This document shows, piece by piece, positions 8,794-16,652 of a stretch of DNA of 25,718 bases. This stretch comes from a virus (lineage: Duplodnaviria; Caudoviricetes): positions 1-25,718 of IMG/VR virus record IMGVR_UViG_3300020258_000040; one strand, given 5' to 3'. A program made the translations under genes and the position numbers. The notes beneath the pieces are model-generated. The model did no database searches. It saw nothing but the letters and a program-made list of their open reading frames with translations, and had not been told where the DNA came from. The first letter of the stretch is position 1; every line of letters begins with the position of its first letter.

Positions 8794-11075
8794 AACTCCC
8801 CAAAGGGGTTTCTTTCTGAGAAGTCAAGAATCTTGTCGGCCTCTGTCTCAATGTCTTTATTAGATGCAAATCCATTATCATCTCCACTATCAAAATCAAT
8901 AGAAGAGATAGTGTAACTTACACCAACTCCAACAACGGATTCTCCGATGATAAACGATCCATCAGCCCTAGTGATTCCAAGTTGTCTATTTGGAGCATTC
9001 CAAGAACTGACATAACCTTTGGTTCCACTTTCCAAACCTTCAACAACTGTACCTCTTTCATAGTCACCGAAAGATGGATCTTCAACTGGATCAATATCAA
9101 CGGTAGGATAGTTAAATGTATATCCTGCACCAGCACTACGATATCTAATTTGAGCAAGAGAACCAGTTACATCAAGAACTGCCTCTGCATCAACATTGTT
9201 AATAGCAGTAGATGTACCAACAGAAGAAGGAATAAAGATTGGTTGAACGTAGATATTAGGTGTAGTAGAATAACCAACACCACCAGTAATAATACCAGCA
9301 GGTCCCATTACTTGAGTATTGATAACAGCTGTTGCAATACCACCACCTGATCCTCCACCACCAGTTATAGTTACAAGAGGGGGATTCTGATAACCTGTGC
9401 CTGGATCAGTAAGTAAAATTCTATCAATACCTTTCCCAGTAAGATTACCAGTTCTACTTGTCATGATAGCAACAGCAGTTGCCTGTCTACCTCTATCTGG
9501 TTCTGTGATATAAACAAGTGGAGTATTTAAGAAACCTTGTCCAGATTCTTTAATGAATATCGAACCAATTTCAAGTCCATTCATGACAGCTACTGCCTGT
9601 GGAACAATATTGTCACAAGTTTGAATATGTTGTGCAACCTCACTAGTTTGCAGATCTGTTTCTTGTTCTGTAGTTGTTGTGGGAACTTGAGTTTCAACAG
9701 CAGATCTGAATTGTGTATCTGTTGTATGTAATACTGTAAGGTGATCCATCACACCAATATATCCTGCAGTTCTAGTTGGAGCTCTACCAGCACCAGCAAC
9801 GTCAGCACCCATTCTCAAAACATCATTACCGATGAATGGAATTGGGTCTACGTTTGCATATGGACCTTGAGATACACCATTGATACTGATTCTTGCATCC
9901 GTACCGACCTGAACAATTCTGATAAAGTTCCAAGCATTCGCATTCATCTGTTGTGAAGATGAAGTTGTAGTTTGTGCTGATGCAAATCTAATCTTACCAT
10001 CCGTTAAATGATAGATCTTAATTCTATCTGACCATAACAGAACACCTCCCAGACTTGGATCTGGGGATAGATTTACTGGATAATACCAGAAACTAATTAC
10101 TACCCTTCCATTTCTACCATCAATAGTTGATGGAAAAACTAATCTAGAATTTTCTACCTCAGTGGAAAGCGTATGTTCATATGCATTATTTCCAAACTTA
10201 ACCTGAGAGGCAGTAGTTCTATTTGGTGGACTGAATGTAATAGTAGGGATTGATAGATGATTTGAGCCAGGATTAGTTACAGTTACTGTAGTAATTCCAC
10301 TATCCACCATAGTAGCAGTACCTGTTGCAGGTATACCCTTCTCTGGATTAGCAATACTTACTGATGGGGTAACAATGTAACTTCCATCGTTAATCATGTC
10401 GATATACTGTACAGATTTAACACCTGTAAATGTAGTTGCATAACCAATACTTGCAGCAGCTGAAACCGCAGTAGATGGAATCATATTGATAATCATGGCA
10501 GAATCTGAACCACCAAGAGGTTCTATAATGTCCTCACCAGTAATACCAGTTTCAACATCAGCAATATCAATGATCTCATCTTTGTACTCGAAGATCTCAC
10601 ATCTAAGTTCATACATGAAAAGATCATTTAACTGGTAGAAGGGAACTTTGCCTTCCACATACTTAATTTCGAATATAGCATTATCTAAAGGAAGATAGAT
10701 CAAGTCACCTTCTTGAGGTCTATTGGTTAACTTAATCTCGCCTTCTGGATATAATTCTAGGAAAGGACTAATAAAGTCATCATATCTTTCCTTTGAAATA
10801 ACTAATTGTATCTCGTCTGTTGCACGAACACCAAACTTTGTTAAAATATCTGATGGTGTTCCAAACCCTTCAAAGTTAGTTAAGTATGCCTCAATTCTAA
10901 AACTATCATCAAATCTAGAAGCATTGATTTCTTTGATTACTGTTGCTTCATTAACAATTTTTCTAGGTAAGTACAAGACATCCTGACCAAACATCTGTAG
11001 ATGTTCGTTCACCAAATCCTGAACTAACCTTCGTTCACTAGGTGATCCGTGTAAGAAAAAAGGACTTAAAGGCAT
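8790..11075 (-). CDS. g14: Neck protein (T4 gp14) with large internal insertions
   Basis: gp14 core in about the first 165 aa (G.DVLYLPR, LTKFGV...DE..LVISKERY, RPQEGDLIY.PL, FEIKYVE...PFYQL) and conserved C-terminus ILDFSERNPFG; 761 aa in total. Confidence 0.93.
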   Translation of the reverse strand: MPLSPFFLHGSPSERRLVQDLVNEHLQMFGQDVLYLPRKIVNEATVIKEINASRFDDSFRIEAYLTNFEGFGTPSDILTKFGVRATDEIQLVISKERYDDFISPFLELYPEGEIKLTNRPQEGDLIYLPLDNAIFEIKYVEGKVPFYQLNDLFMYELRCEIFEYKDEIIDIADVETGITGEDIIEPLGGSDSAMIINMIPSTAVSAAASIGYATTFTGVKSVQYIDMINDGSYIVTPSVSIANPEKGIPATGTATMVDSGITTVTVTNPGSNHLSIPTITFSPPNRTTASQVKFGNNAYEHTLSTEVENSRLVFPSTIDGRNGRVVISFWYYPVNLSPDPSLGGVLLWSDRIKIYHLTDGKIRFASAQTTTSSSQQMNANAWNFIRIVQVGTDARISINGVSQGPYANVDPIPFIGNDVLRMGADVAGAGRAPTRTAGYIGVMDHLTVLHTTDTQFRSAVETQVPTTTTEQETDLQTSEVAQHIQTCDNIVPQAVAVMNGLEIGSIFIKESGQGFLNTPLVYITEPDRGRQATAVAIMTSRTGNLTGKGIDRILLTDPGTGYQNPPLVTITGGGGSGGGIATAVINTQVMGPAGIITGGVGYSTTPNIYVQPIFIPSSVGTSTAINNVDAEAVLDVTGSLAQIRYRSAGAGYTFNYPTVDIDPVEDPSFGDYERGTVVEGLESGTKGYVSSWNAPNRQLGITRADGSFIIGESVVGVGVSYTISSIDFDSGDDNGFASNKDIETEADKILDFSERNPFGEF

Positions 11076-11893
11076 TATCCGATAAAATCTAGAGGTGGCA
11101 TTGCATATTCAGTCATCAACTTCTCCTCATGGTCTTCAAGTTCTCTTTGAGCATCATCGAATAGTTGTCTACCATTCATCTCAAGACCACCAGGCAGTTT
11201 TACTCCTTGGAATTTTATTAAGTTCTGACCCCACTGTCTCTTAATAAGAGATGTGGTATACCTCTTTAACCAAGGATCGTTGTAAACTGATGTTGCTGAT
11301 TGTGGATCTACTTCTCTATAACAGTCAATTAAAATGTAATGATTCTCTGTTACTTCACCAAGATCAATATCCAAATAGAGTCTTCTATTCTTCTTATTAA
11401 ATCTTATCTGAGCATCAGGGTTAATCATATAATCAAGGGTTTCAAGATAAGACTTGACCATTGCATAGTTCAGTAAATCAATTGCTCCGTAGTAATATAA
11501 ATCATTCAGGAACAATTGGTATTTAATATTGAATAATCCGTCCGAGACTGAAGACGAATCAATCTTAAAGATTTTGTTTACGCCAATGATTGAATCTGGA
11601 AGAGGTAAGTAATTTGAATCCTCTTCATACTCCATCATCGACACTCCACCATGGGAACTAGTCCCTGTGGTAGTTGAGGCAATACCTGCTAAGGTGTCTT
11701 TTTCTACTTCAAGTAGTTTATGCTTGAGAAAAACTCTGTCTATTCCCTCACCATGTCTTTCATGGTATAATTGGATGGCATCATCGATCAAATCTTCAAC
11801 TTGATCGTCGTCAACGTTGATCTCCAATACTGGTTTACCGAGTTTTCTTAGGCAGTATTCCTTCAACTCGTCTCTACTAGAGGGCTTTGCCAT
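11075..11893 (-). CDS. g13: Neck protein (T4 gp13)
   Basis: MAKPSSR.ELKEYCLRKLG.PVLEINVDDDQ and KRQWGQNLIKFQGVKLPGG; start set at the ATG at 11893. Confidence 0.96.
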   Translation of the reverse strand: MAKPSSRDELKEYCLRKLGKPVLEINVDDDQVEDLIDDAIQLYHERHGEGIDRVFLKHKLLEVEKDTLAGIASTTTGTSSHGGVSMMEYEEDSNYLPLPDSIIGVNKIFKIDSSSVSDGLFNIKYQLFLNDLYYYGAIDLLNYAMVKSYLETLDYMINPDAQIRFNKKNRRLYLDIDLGEVTENHYILIDCYREVDPQSATSVYNDPWLKRYTTSLIKRQWGQNLIKFQGVKLPGGLEMNGRQLFDDAQRELEDHEEKLMTEYAMPPLDFIG

Positions 11894-11920
11894 TCCCAAA
11901 CTCTATAGGTTTCTCCAAAG

Positions 11921-11927
11921 TATTTAT
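11921..11927 (-). promoter_or_regulatory. Late promoter for g13 (ATAAATA), overlapping the hldD start codon on the other strand
   Basis: Plus-strand tatttatg; the box lies 28 nt before the g13 ATG. Confidence 0.7.
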
Positions 11928-12732
11928 GATCTTACTAACTGGTTATCAAGGATTTATCGGATCTCATTTCAGAAAAGCACTGGGGGAAGAGGGTCAACAC
12001 AAAGTTATTGGTATCGATCAGGACAATGCGTGGGAGTTTCTGCGTAAATTCGATCAATGGAAGAATGTGACACTTATTGTACACAATGGTGCAATTTCAT
12101 CTACAACAGAGAAAAATTGGATGACCATTGCACACTACAATCAAGACTTCACTGCCCATCTCTTCGCAAAGGCAATGGAGTATGAGATTCCTATTAAATA
12201 TGCATCATCAGCATCTGTGTATGGGAATCAAAAAAAGAATCGTAAACTAATAAACCCCCTAAACCAGTATGCCATCTCAAAGTTAATCATTGATTATTAT
12301 GTCTTAGATCATATTGATAAGTTTAAAAGTATTCAAGGATTCAGATATTTCAATGTATATGGTGAGGGAGAGGATCATAAAGGTGATCAAGCTAGTCCAG
12401 TATCAAAGTTTACTAAACAAATCAAAGAGACAGGTGAATTAAAGTTATTTGAAGGTTCTGATAAGTTTTACAGAGACTTTGTTTGGGTCAAAGACGTAGT
12501 AGATGTAGTTCTAAATAATACGGCAGGGAGCGGCATTTATGATGTAGGCACAGGAAAGCCCACCTCATTCCAAAAAGTTGCAGAATTGGTTGCAAAAAAA
12601 GAGAAGGGAACCATAAAAATGATCCCCTTCCCTAAACATCTTAAAGGTAAATACCAAGATTACACTTGTGCTGATAACTCATGGTATGAACATGATTATA
12701 CTAGTGTTGGAAGATATCTTGGAAGTGAATAA
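11926..12732 (+). CDS. hldD: ADP-L-glycero-D-manno-heptose 6-epimerase (HldD/RfaD/GmhD)
   Basis: TGYQGFIGS NAD-binding motif, HNGAISSTTE, YASSASVYG, YAISK (YxxxK), GFRYFNVYG..E.HKG..AS, LFEGS..F.RDFV and IPFP..LKGKYQ..T.AD, all characteristic of HldD. Start set at the ATG at 11926 (268 aa). Confidence 0.92.
   Translation: MILLTGYQGFIGSHFRKALGEEGQHKVIGIDQDNAWEFLRKFDQWKNVTLIVHNGAISSTTEKNWMTIAHYNQDFTAHLFAKAMEYEIPIKYASSASVYGNQKKNRKLINPLNQYAISKLIIDYYVLDHIDKFKSIQGFRYFNVYGEGEDHKGDQASPVSKFTKQIKETGELKLFEGSDKFYRDFVWVKDVVDVVLNNTAGSGIYDVGTGKPTSFQKVAELVAKKEKGTIKMIPFPKHLKGKYQDYTCADNSWYEHDYTSVGRYLGSE
12594..12632 (-). terminator. Intrinsic terminator of the minus-strand enzyme operon, inside the hldD coding sequence
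   Basis: Minus strand reads GGGAAGGGGATCAT-TTTT-ATGGTTCCCTTCTC-TTTTTTT: a 14-bp stem (3 G-U pairs) plus U7, about 70 nt past the stop at 12701. Confidence 0.8.
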
Positions 12733-13276
12733 ACGCAGTAGCAATATACTTTTCATTTGATTTAGGCATCTCACCTTCGTGTGCAAACATAAAATTACAC
12801 GGGAAGATAAGAACCTTACCCTTTTCGGGTTTAATAGTTATGTTTAAATCGGGGAAGGTTGTACAACCACCTTCAGTAACATCATTTAGATATACAATCA
12901 CAGCAAAGACTCTCGTAGCATTAGGTCCTGCTGTTTGATCAAAATGTTCAAGAAAATACCCCTCATCTTTTGGATACACTCTTACTGAGATATCTCTAAG
13001 TGCGAGGGGTTCTCCTTTAGGAGTCAAATTATCCTTTTCATAGTTCTCATATGCCCTGAAAATTCCTTGTGTCAGGAAGTGAGATATTGCATCATCTGGC
13101 TTTGGATATGCTTGAGTTGCAACTTTTCTATTCCAGTTAACAATTAATCCATGACCAGCGTTTCCAACTTTCCCGTCATGGTGAATTTCTGGATTTTTTT
13201 TAAACCAATCAATAATAGTATGACATTCTTGTTCATCATAAATGTCATAACAACAAATAAAATCACTCAGATCCAT
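12701..13276 (-). CDS. 2OG-Fe(II) oxygenase (prolyl-4-hydroxylase-like)
   Basis: HFD (HxD), IVYLND..EGG.T.F, PEKGKVLIFP..F...H and a distal K(Y). Confidence 0.88.
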   Translation of the reverse strand: MDLSDFICCYDIYDEQECHTIIDWFKKNPEIHHDGKVGNAGHGLIVNWNRKVATQAYPKPDDAISHFLTQGIFRAYENYEKDNLTPKGEPLALRDISVRVYPKDEGYFLEHFDQTAGPNATRVFAVIVYLNDVTEGGCTTFPDLNITIKPEKGKVLIFPCNFMFAHEGEMPKSNEKYIATAFIHFQDIFQH

Positions 13277-13653
13277 TAATCTCCTGGGATAATGCGATTA
13301 CTATCTTCATCAAAATGTTCTGTGCTGAACTCAAATAGTTCAGTATCTTCTAAGGCATACATTCTATGACGCATTCCAATAGGAACATGGAACTTATCAC
13401 CTTTTTCTAGGACATCTACTGTTGCCATTTCAATGTTGTCATCCCATCCATAGTAGATTCTAATCTTACCACTTTGGATATAGAAAACTTCATCTTTCTT
13501 TTTATGAAAATGCCAAGAGCATTGTTTTCCTTTAGTGAGGAAAAGAAGTTTACCGCAGTAACTGTTGCAGTTTACAATCCACTTTTCATATCCCCACCCT
13601 TTAGGTACGAATTTAATTGGATTGCCCTGCCTAGGTCTAGAAGAAATCTCCAT
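13276..13653 (-). CDS. Cupin sugar-isomerase-like protein (type II phosphomannose isomerase C-domain / lyxose isomerase-like)
   Basis: KGWGYE, YCGKLL, SWHFHKKKDEVFY (HxH...E) and HVPIGMRHR. Start set at the ATG at 13653 with RBS AAGGAG. Confidence 0.8.
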   Translation of the reverse strand: MEISSRPRQGNPIKFVPKGWGYEKWIVNCNSYCGKLLFLTKGKQCSWHFHKKKDEVFYIQSGKIRIYYGWDDNIEMATVDVLEKGDKFHVPIGMRHRMYALEDTELFEFSTEHFDEDSNRIIPGD

Positions 13654-13957
13654 CGTGTACTCCTTTGTCGTCAATGTAATAATCGGCAGATGGTTTACCT
13701 AACCAGAGATCGTTAAACATACATCCCCAATCACAGAGTTGCTTTAGAGTAAACTCATAGAATTCATCATAAGCTTTTTGACGATCATTATTATGTCGTC
13801 CCATACCTCTAGCAGTAAAGTAGATTACCTCATTGCCTTTAATATATAGATCGTTTATTTGACAGATCCTTTCAGTACGGGGAGTTGCGTGAGTATATTT
13901 CTCCTCACCTTTGCCAGGATAACAAATAGTACCGTCAATGTCTACCACATACTTCAT
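13637..13957 (-). CDS. Minimal HAD-superfamily phosphatase (capsule-biosynthesis phosphatase-like)
   Basis: HAD motif I VDIDGT, motif II FTARG, motifs III/IV GKP.ADYYIDDK; 106 aa. Confidence 0.85.
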   Translation of the reverse strand: MKYVVDIDGTICYPGKGEEKYTHATPRTERICQINDLYIKGNEVIYFTARGMGRHNNDRQKAYDEFYEFTLKQLCDWGCMFNDLWLGKPSADYYIDDKGVHDGDFF

Positions 13958-14730
13958 AATTTTTCAATATCCTTTTTAGTAAGAGTATAGACGCCTGGAT
14001 GTTGAACAGAGATTGCAGCAGCACGGTTTGCGTAATCAATAGATTTTTGTAAATCTTTTGTAGGAAGATGTTTTGAAACTAATGCTGCTAAAAAAGTATC
14101 ACCTGCTCCTGTTACATCATAAACCTTTACTTTTTGTTCTAAGGGAAATGTAATTCCTGCCCATTTAACACCTGCAGCTCCCATTGTAACAATCATATGA
14201 GTATCATGCGGCATATCATCATGACGTTCTAAAAGATCATATTCTTTTTTATTGATCTTATAATACACATTAGCTTTATGGAATAACTTTCTTTTTTTAG
14301 TATCTACAAAAATAGGACCATTAAAACTATTCATAATCTCCATCATCCTATCTTCAGGAACAAATCCTTTTCCATAGTCAGATATGACCATAGCATCAAA
14401 ACCACCAAAGTGAATAAAGGATGATTTAAGTTGTGCAGCTGAAATAGGAGTAACTTCTACTTCCTCATCCATTCTCATCAACTGATATCCACTATTCTCA
14501 TCAATAAAACGTGTCTTTACAATAGATTCTTTTTGAGTAAGAAGATCAGTAGCAACACCCAAAGACCTTAGGTTGTTATTGACATTAGCTGCCATTCCTT
14601 TAGTCTTTTCACTGCGAGTGTACTTTAGTACAGGAACAGGAGCTTCAGGACTTAATCTATCAACAGTACCGTAAACATATTCATCGTCACATGTATCTCC
14701 GATGACTATGACTTTCCATGCATCACTCAT
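13954..14730 (-). CDS. hldA: D-glycero-D-manno-heptose-7-phosphate kinase (HldE/RfaE domain I, PfkB family)
   Basis: IGD...DEYVYG.VDRLSPEAPVPV, GMAANV..NL.SLG, KTR, ISDYGKG and VYDVTGAGDTF. Confidence 0.9.
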   Translation of the reverse strand: MSDAWKVIVIGDTCDDEYVYGTVDRLSPEAPVPVLKYTRSEKTKGMAANVNNNLRSLGVATDLLTQKESIVKTRFIDENSGYQLMRMDEEVEVTPISAAQLKSSFIHFGGFDAMVISDYGKGFVPEDRMMEIMNSFNGPIFVDTKKRKLFHKANVYYKINKKEYDLLERHDDMPHDTHMIVTMGAAGVKWAGITFPLEQKVKVYDVTGAGDTFLAALVSKHLPTKDLQKSIDYANRAAAISVQHPGVYTLTKKDIEKL

Positions 14731-15127
14731 AATTTCTCAATATTGTTTGAATGACTTTTGTAGAAGAATATCCGCCAACTCTTGGTAGATGCCGAACTTC
14801 CTTTGCGAACTCTGCTCCGACAACATCACCACCCTTCCAATCTCCCCCTAAAAGAAGAATATCTGGACTATACATTTCAATCAGATCTTCTAGTTCTTGC
14901 CTACTGTCAAAGTAATGTACTGTATCTATGTAACGAATAGATTGTAACATTGACATCCTATAACATAAATCATTAATAGGCTTAGAAGGACCTTTGTCCT
15001 GTTTGATCTTTTCGTCGGTGTCTGTGGCTACGATTAGTCTGTCTCCTAAAGACGCACCAACTTTGAATAATTCAATATGCCCTGGGTGTAGTATATCAAA
15101 TGTCCCGTTAGTAAATACCAGTCTCAC
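14723..15127 (-). CDS. hldC: Heptose-1-phosphate nucleotidyltransferase (HldE/RfaE domain II, cytidylyltransferase fold)
   Basis: FTNGTFDILHPGH (HxGH), GDRLIVA, KGPSKPIN, PDILLLGGDW and GYSST; GTG start in a GTGA overlap. Confidence 0.87.
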   Translation of the reverse strand: MRLVFTNGTFDILHPGHIELFKVGASLGDRLIVATDTDEKIKQDKGPSKPINDLCYRMSMLQSIRYIDTVHYFDSRQELEDLIEMYSPDILLLGGDWKGGDVVGAEFAKEVRHLPRVGGYSSTKVIQTILRNYE

Positions 15128-15927
15128 TTAGGTTCTCCGTATTGTCCGTATTTTAAAAACTTTTCATACTCAGTATGATTGATAGGCAAGAAAGTTCCTG
15201 GGCCACCTAAGAAGATGAAGAACATTTGGACTAATCGCCAAGTATCCCCAGTAAACATTCCAGGCTTAATATAACCTGTGTGGTAAATGTTTGCAGGATA
15301 CATTACGAACCTATTATACTTCATTTCGGCAAGATGTATCAATTCCCACTCCTCCTCACTATCGGTAATATAATTATCATAATAGGGGTACTTATTTTTC
15401 TTCTTTAACCAGGCATCTGTTTTATCTGGATTACCCAGTTGATCACCTTCTAAAGTATAGAAAGATGTACCACCTGCACACTCATCATCTTTATTAAGAT
15501 ATACAGTTGCAGCATACAACATCCCACCATCATCATCTACATGGGGGACAATAGGATTCAAATCTTCTGATTGACTCACGTTTACACAGAAGGTAAGACC
15601 CTTAATGGAATCTTCTACCCTAGCAGGAGAGATTTTTTTATCTTCCATATGATCCCCATAAACACTACCAAATATATTGGTAAAAAATGGAGATAAAGGA
15701 GCAAAATCATAGTATGCATCAACTCTATAACCAGGCGCTCCTGCCATAATAATTGGATTACTAGTACAAGGAATCTGTAAGGCTAGATCCCTAACCATAT
15801 CGGGATTCTTATAAAAGTTATCTACATATACAATTCTGGATTTCTCTGGTCCTATTGTATAAACACTTGCTTCCAAATTATCGTTTAGAGCAAATACATC
15901 TCTTTCATTAATAAAATTTTTCTTCAT
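15124..15927 (-). CDS. DUF6445-like putative 2OG-Fe(II) oxygenase, copy B
   Basis: VDNFYKNPDMVRDLA, PHVD (HxD), VYLN....GGTSFY, MKYNRFVMYP..IYH and RLVQ. Confidence 0.75.
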   Translation of the reverse strand: MKKNFINERDVFALNDNLEASVYTIGPEKSRIVYVDNFYKNPDMVRDLALQIPCTSNPIIMAGAPGYRVDAYYDFAPLSPFFTNIFGSVYGDHMEDKKISPARVEDSIKGLTFCVNVSQSEDLNPIVPHVDDDGGMLYAATVYLNKDDECAGGTSFYTLEGDQLGNPDKTDAWLKKKNKYPYYDNYITDSEEEWELIHLAEMKYNRFVMYPANIYHTGYIKPGMFTGDTWRLVQMFFIFLGGPGTFLPINHTEYEKFLKYGQYGEPK

Positions 15928-16652
15928 GGATCTAATGCAATAAACATCATTTGAATAAGTCTGTATAAATCACCAGTAAATGTATCTGGTTTCATGTATG
16001 CAGTATGAACAACATTGCCTGGATACATTACTAGACGATTGTATTTCATCTCTGCAACACTTAAAAGTTCCCAATCAGGAACGTCATCGGTGTCTGTGAT
16101 GTAATGATCCCAGAATTTTTCTTTACCTTGTGACTTCAACCACTGACCAATATCTTCATTGGTAATTGTTTGTTTACCATTGAGCATATAGAAGGAGGTC
16201 CCGCCAGAACACTCCTCAGGAGTGTTTAAATAAATCCCTGCAGCAAACAACATAGAGTCTCTATCATCAATGTGTGGCGTCACTGGCGGTAGGTTCACAG
16301 ACTGATTGATGTTCACACAAAATGGTGTTGTACGAACAGACTCATAAATTTGATCATCACTAACATCCTTTGTTAAGTCTGTATAAACAGTTCGGAAAAC
16401 ATGACGAAAGATAGGATATAGAGTTTCAAAATCATAGTGACCAAATACTCTAGTACCTGGCGTTCCTGCCATGATTTTAGAATTTTCAGTTGGTGGAATA
16501 CTTAAAGTTAAATCTCTTACCATATCGGGATTTTTGTAGAAGTTATCAATAACAACTACACGAATCTCTTCTGGACCAACTACATGTACGTTAGCCTCCA
16601 GATCTGGATTTACCTCAAAAACTTCTTTTTCTTTAATGAAAGGGATTTTCAT
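15924..16652 (-). CDS. DUF6445-like putative 2OG-Fe(II) oxygenase, copy A
   Basis: IDNFYKNPDMVRDL, PHID, IYLN....GGTSFY, MKYNRLVMYP..VVH and RLIQ; clear paralog of 15124-15927. Confidence 0.75.
   Translation of the reverse strand: MKIPFIKEKEVFEVNPDLEANVHVVGPEEIRVVVIDNFYKNPDMVRDLTLSIPPTENSKIMAGTPGTRVFGHYDFETLYPIFRHVFRTVYTDLTKDVSDDQIYESVRTTPFCVNINQSVNLPPVTPHIDDRDSMLFAAGIYLNTPEECSGGTSFYMLNGKQTITNEDIGQWLKSQGKEKFWDHYITDTDDVPDWELLSVAEMKYNRLVMYPGNVVHTAYMKPDTFTGDLYRLIQMMFIALDP

Noticed and set aside
11887-11925. Longer hldD start, and TTGCCA/TATAGG as a sigma70 promoter
   Set aside because: The extension overlaps g13 and precedes the Rossmann motif; the spacer between the boxes is only 11 nt.
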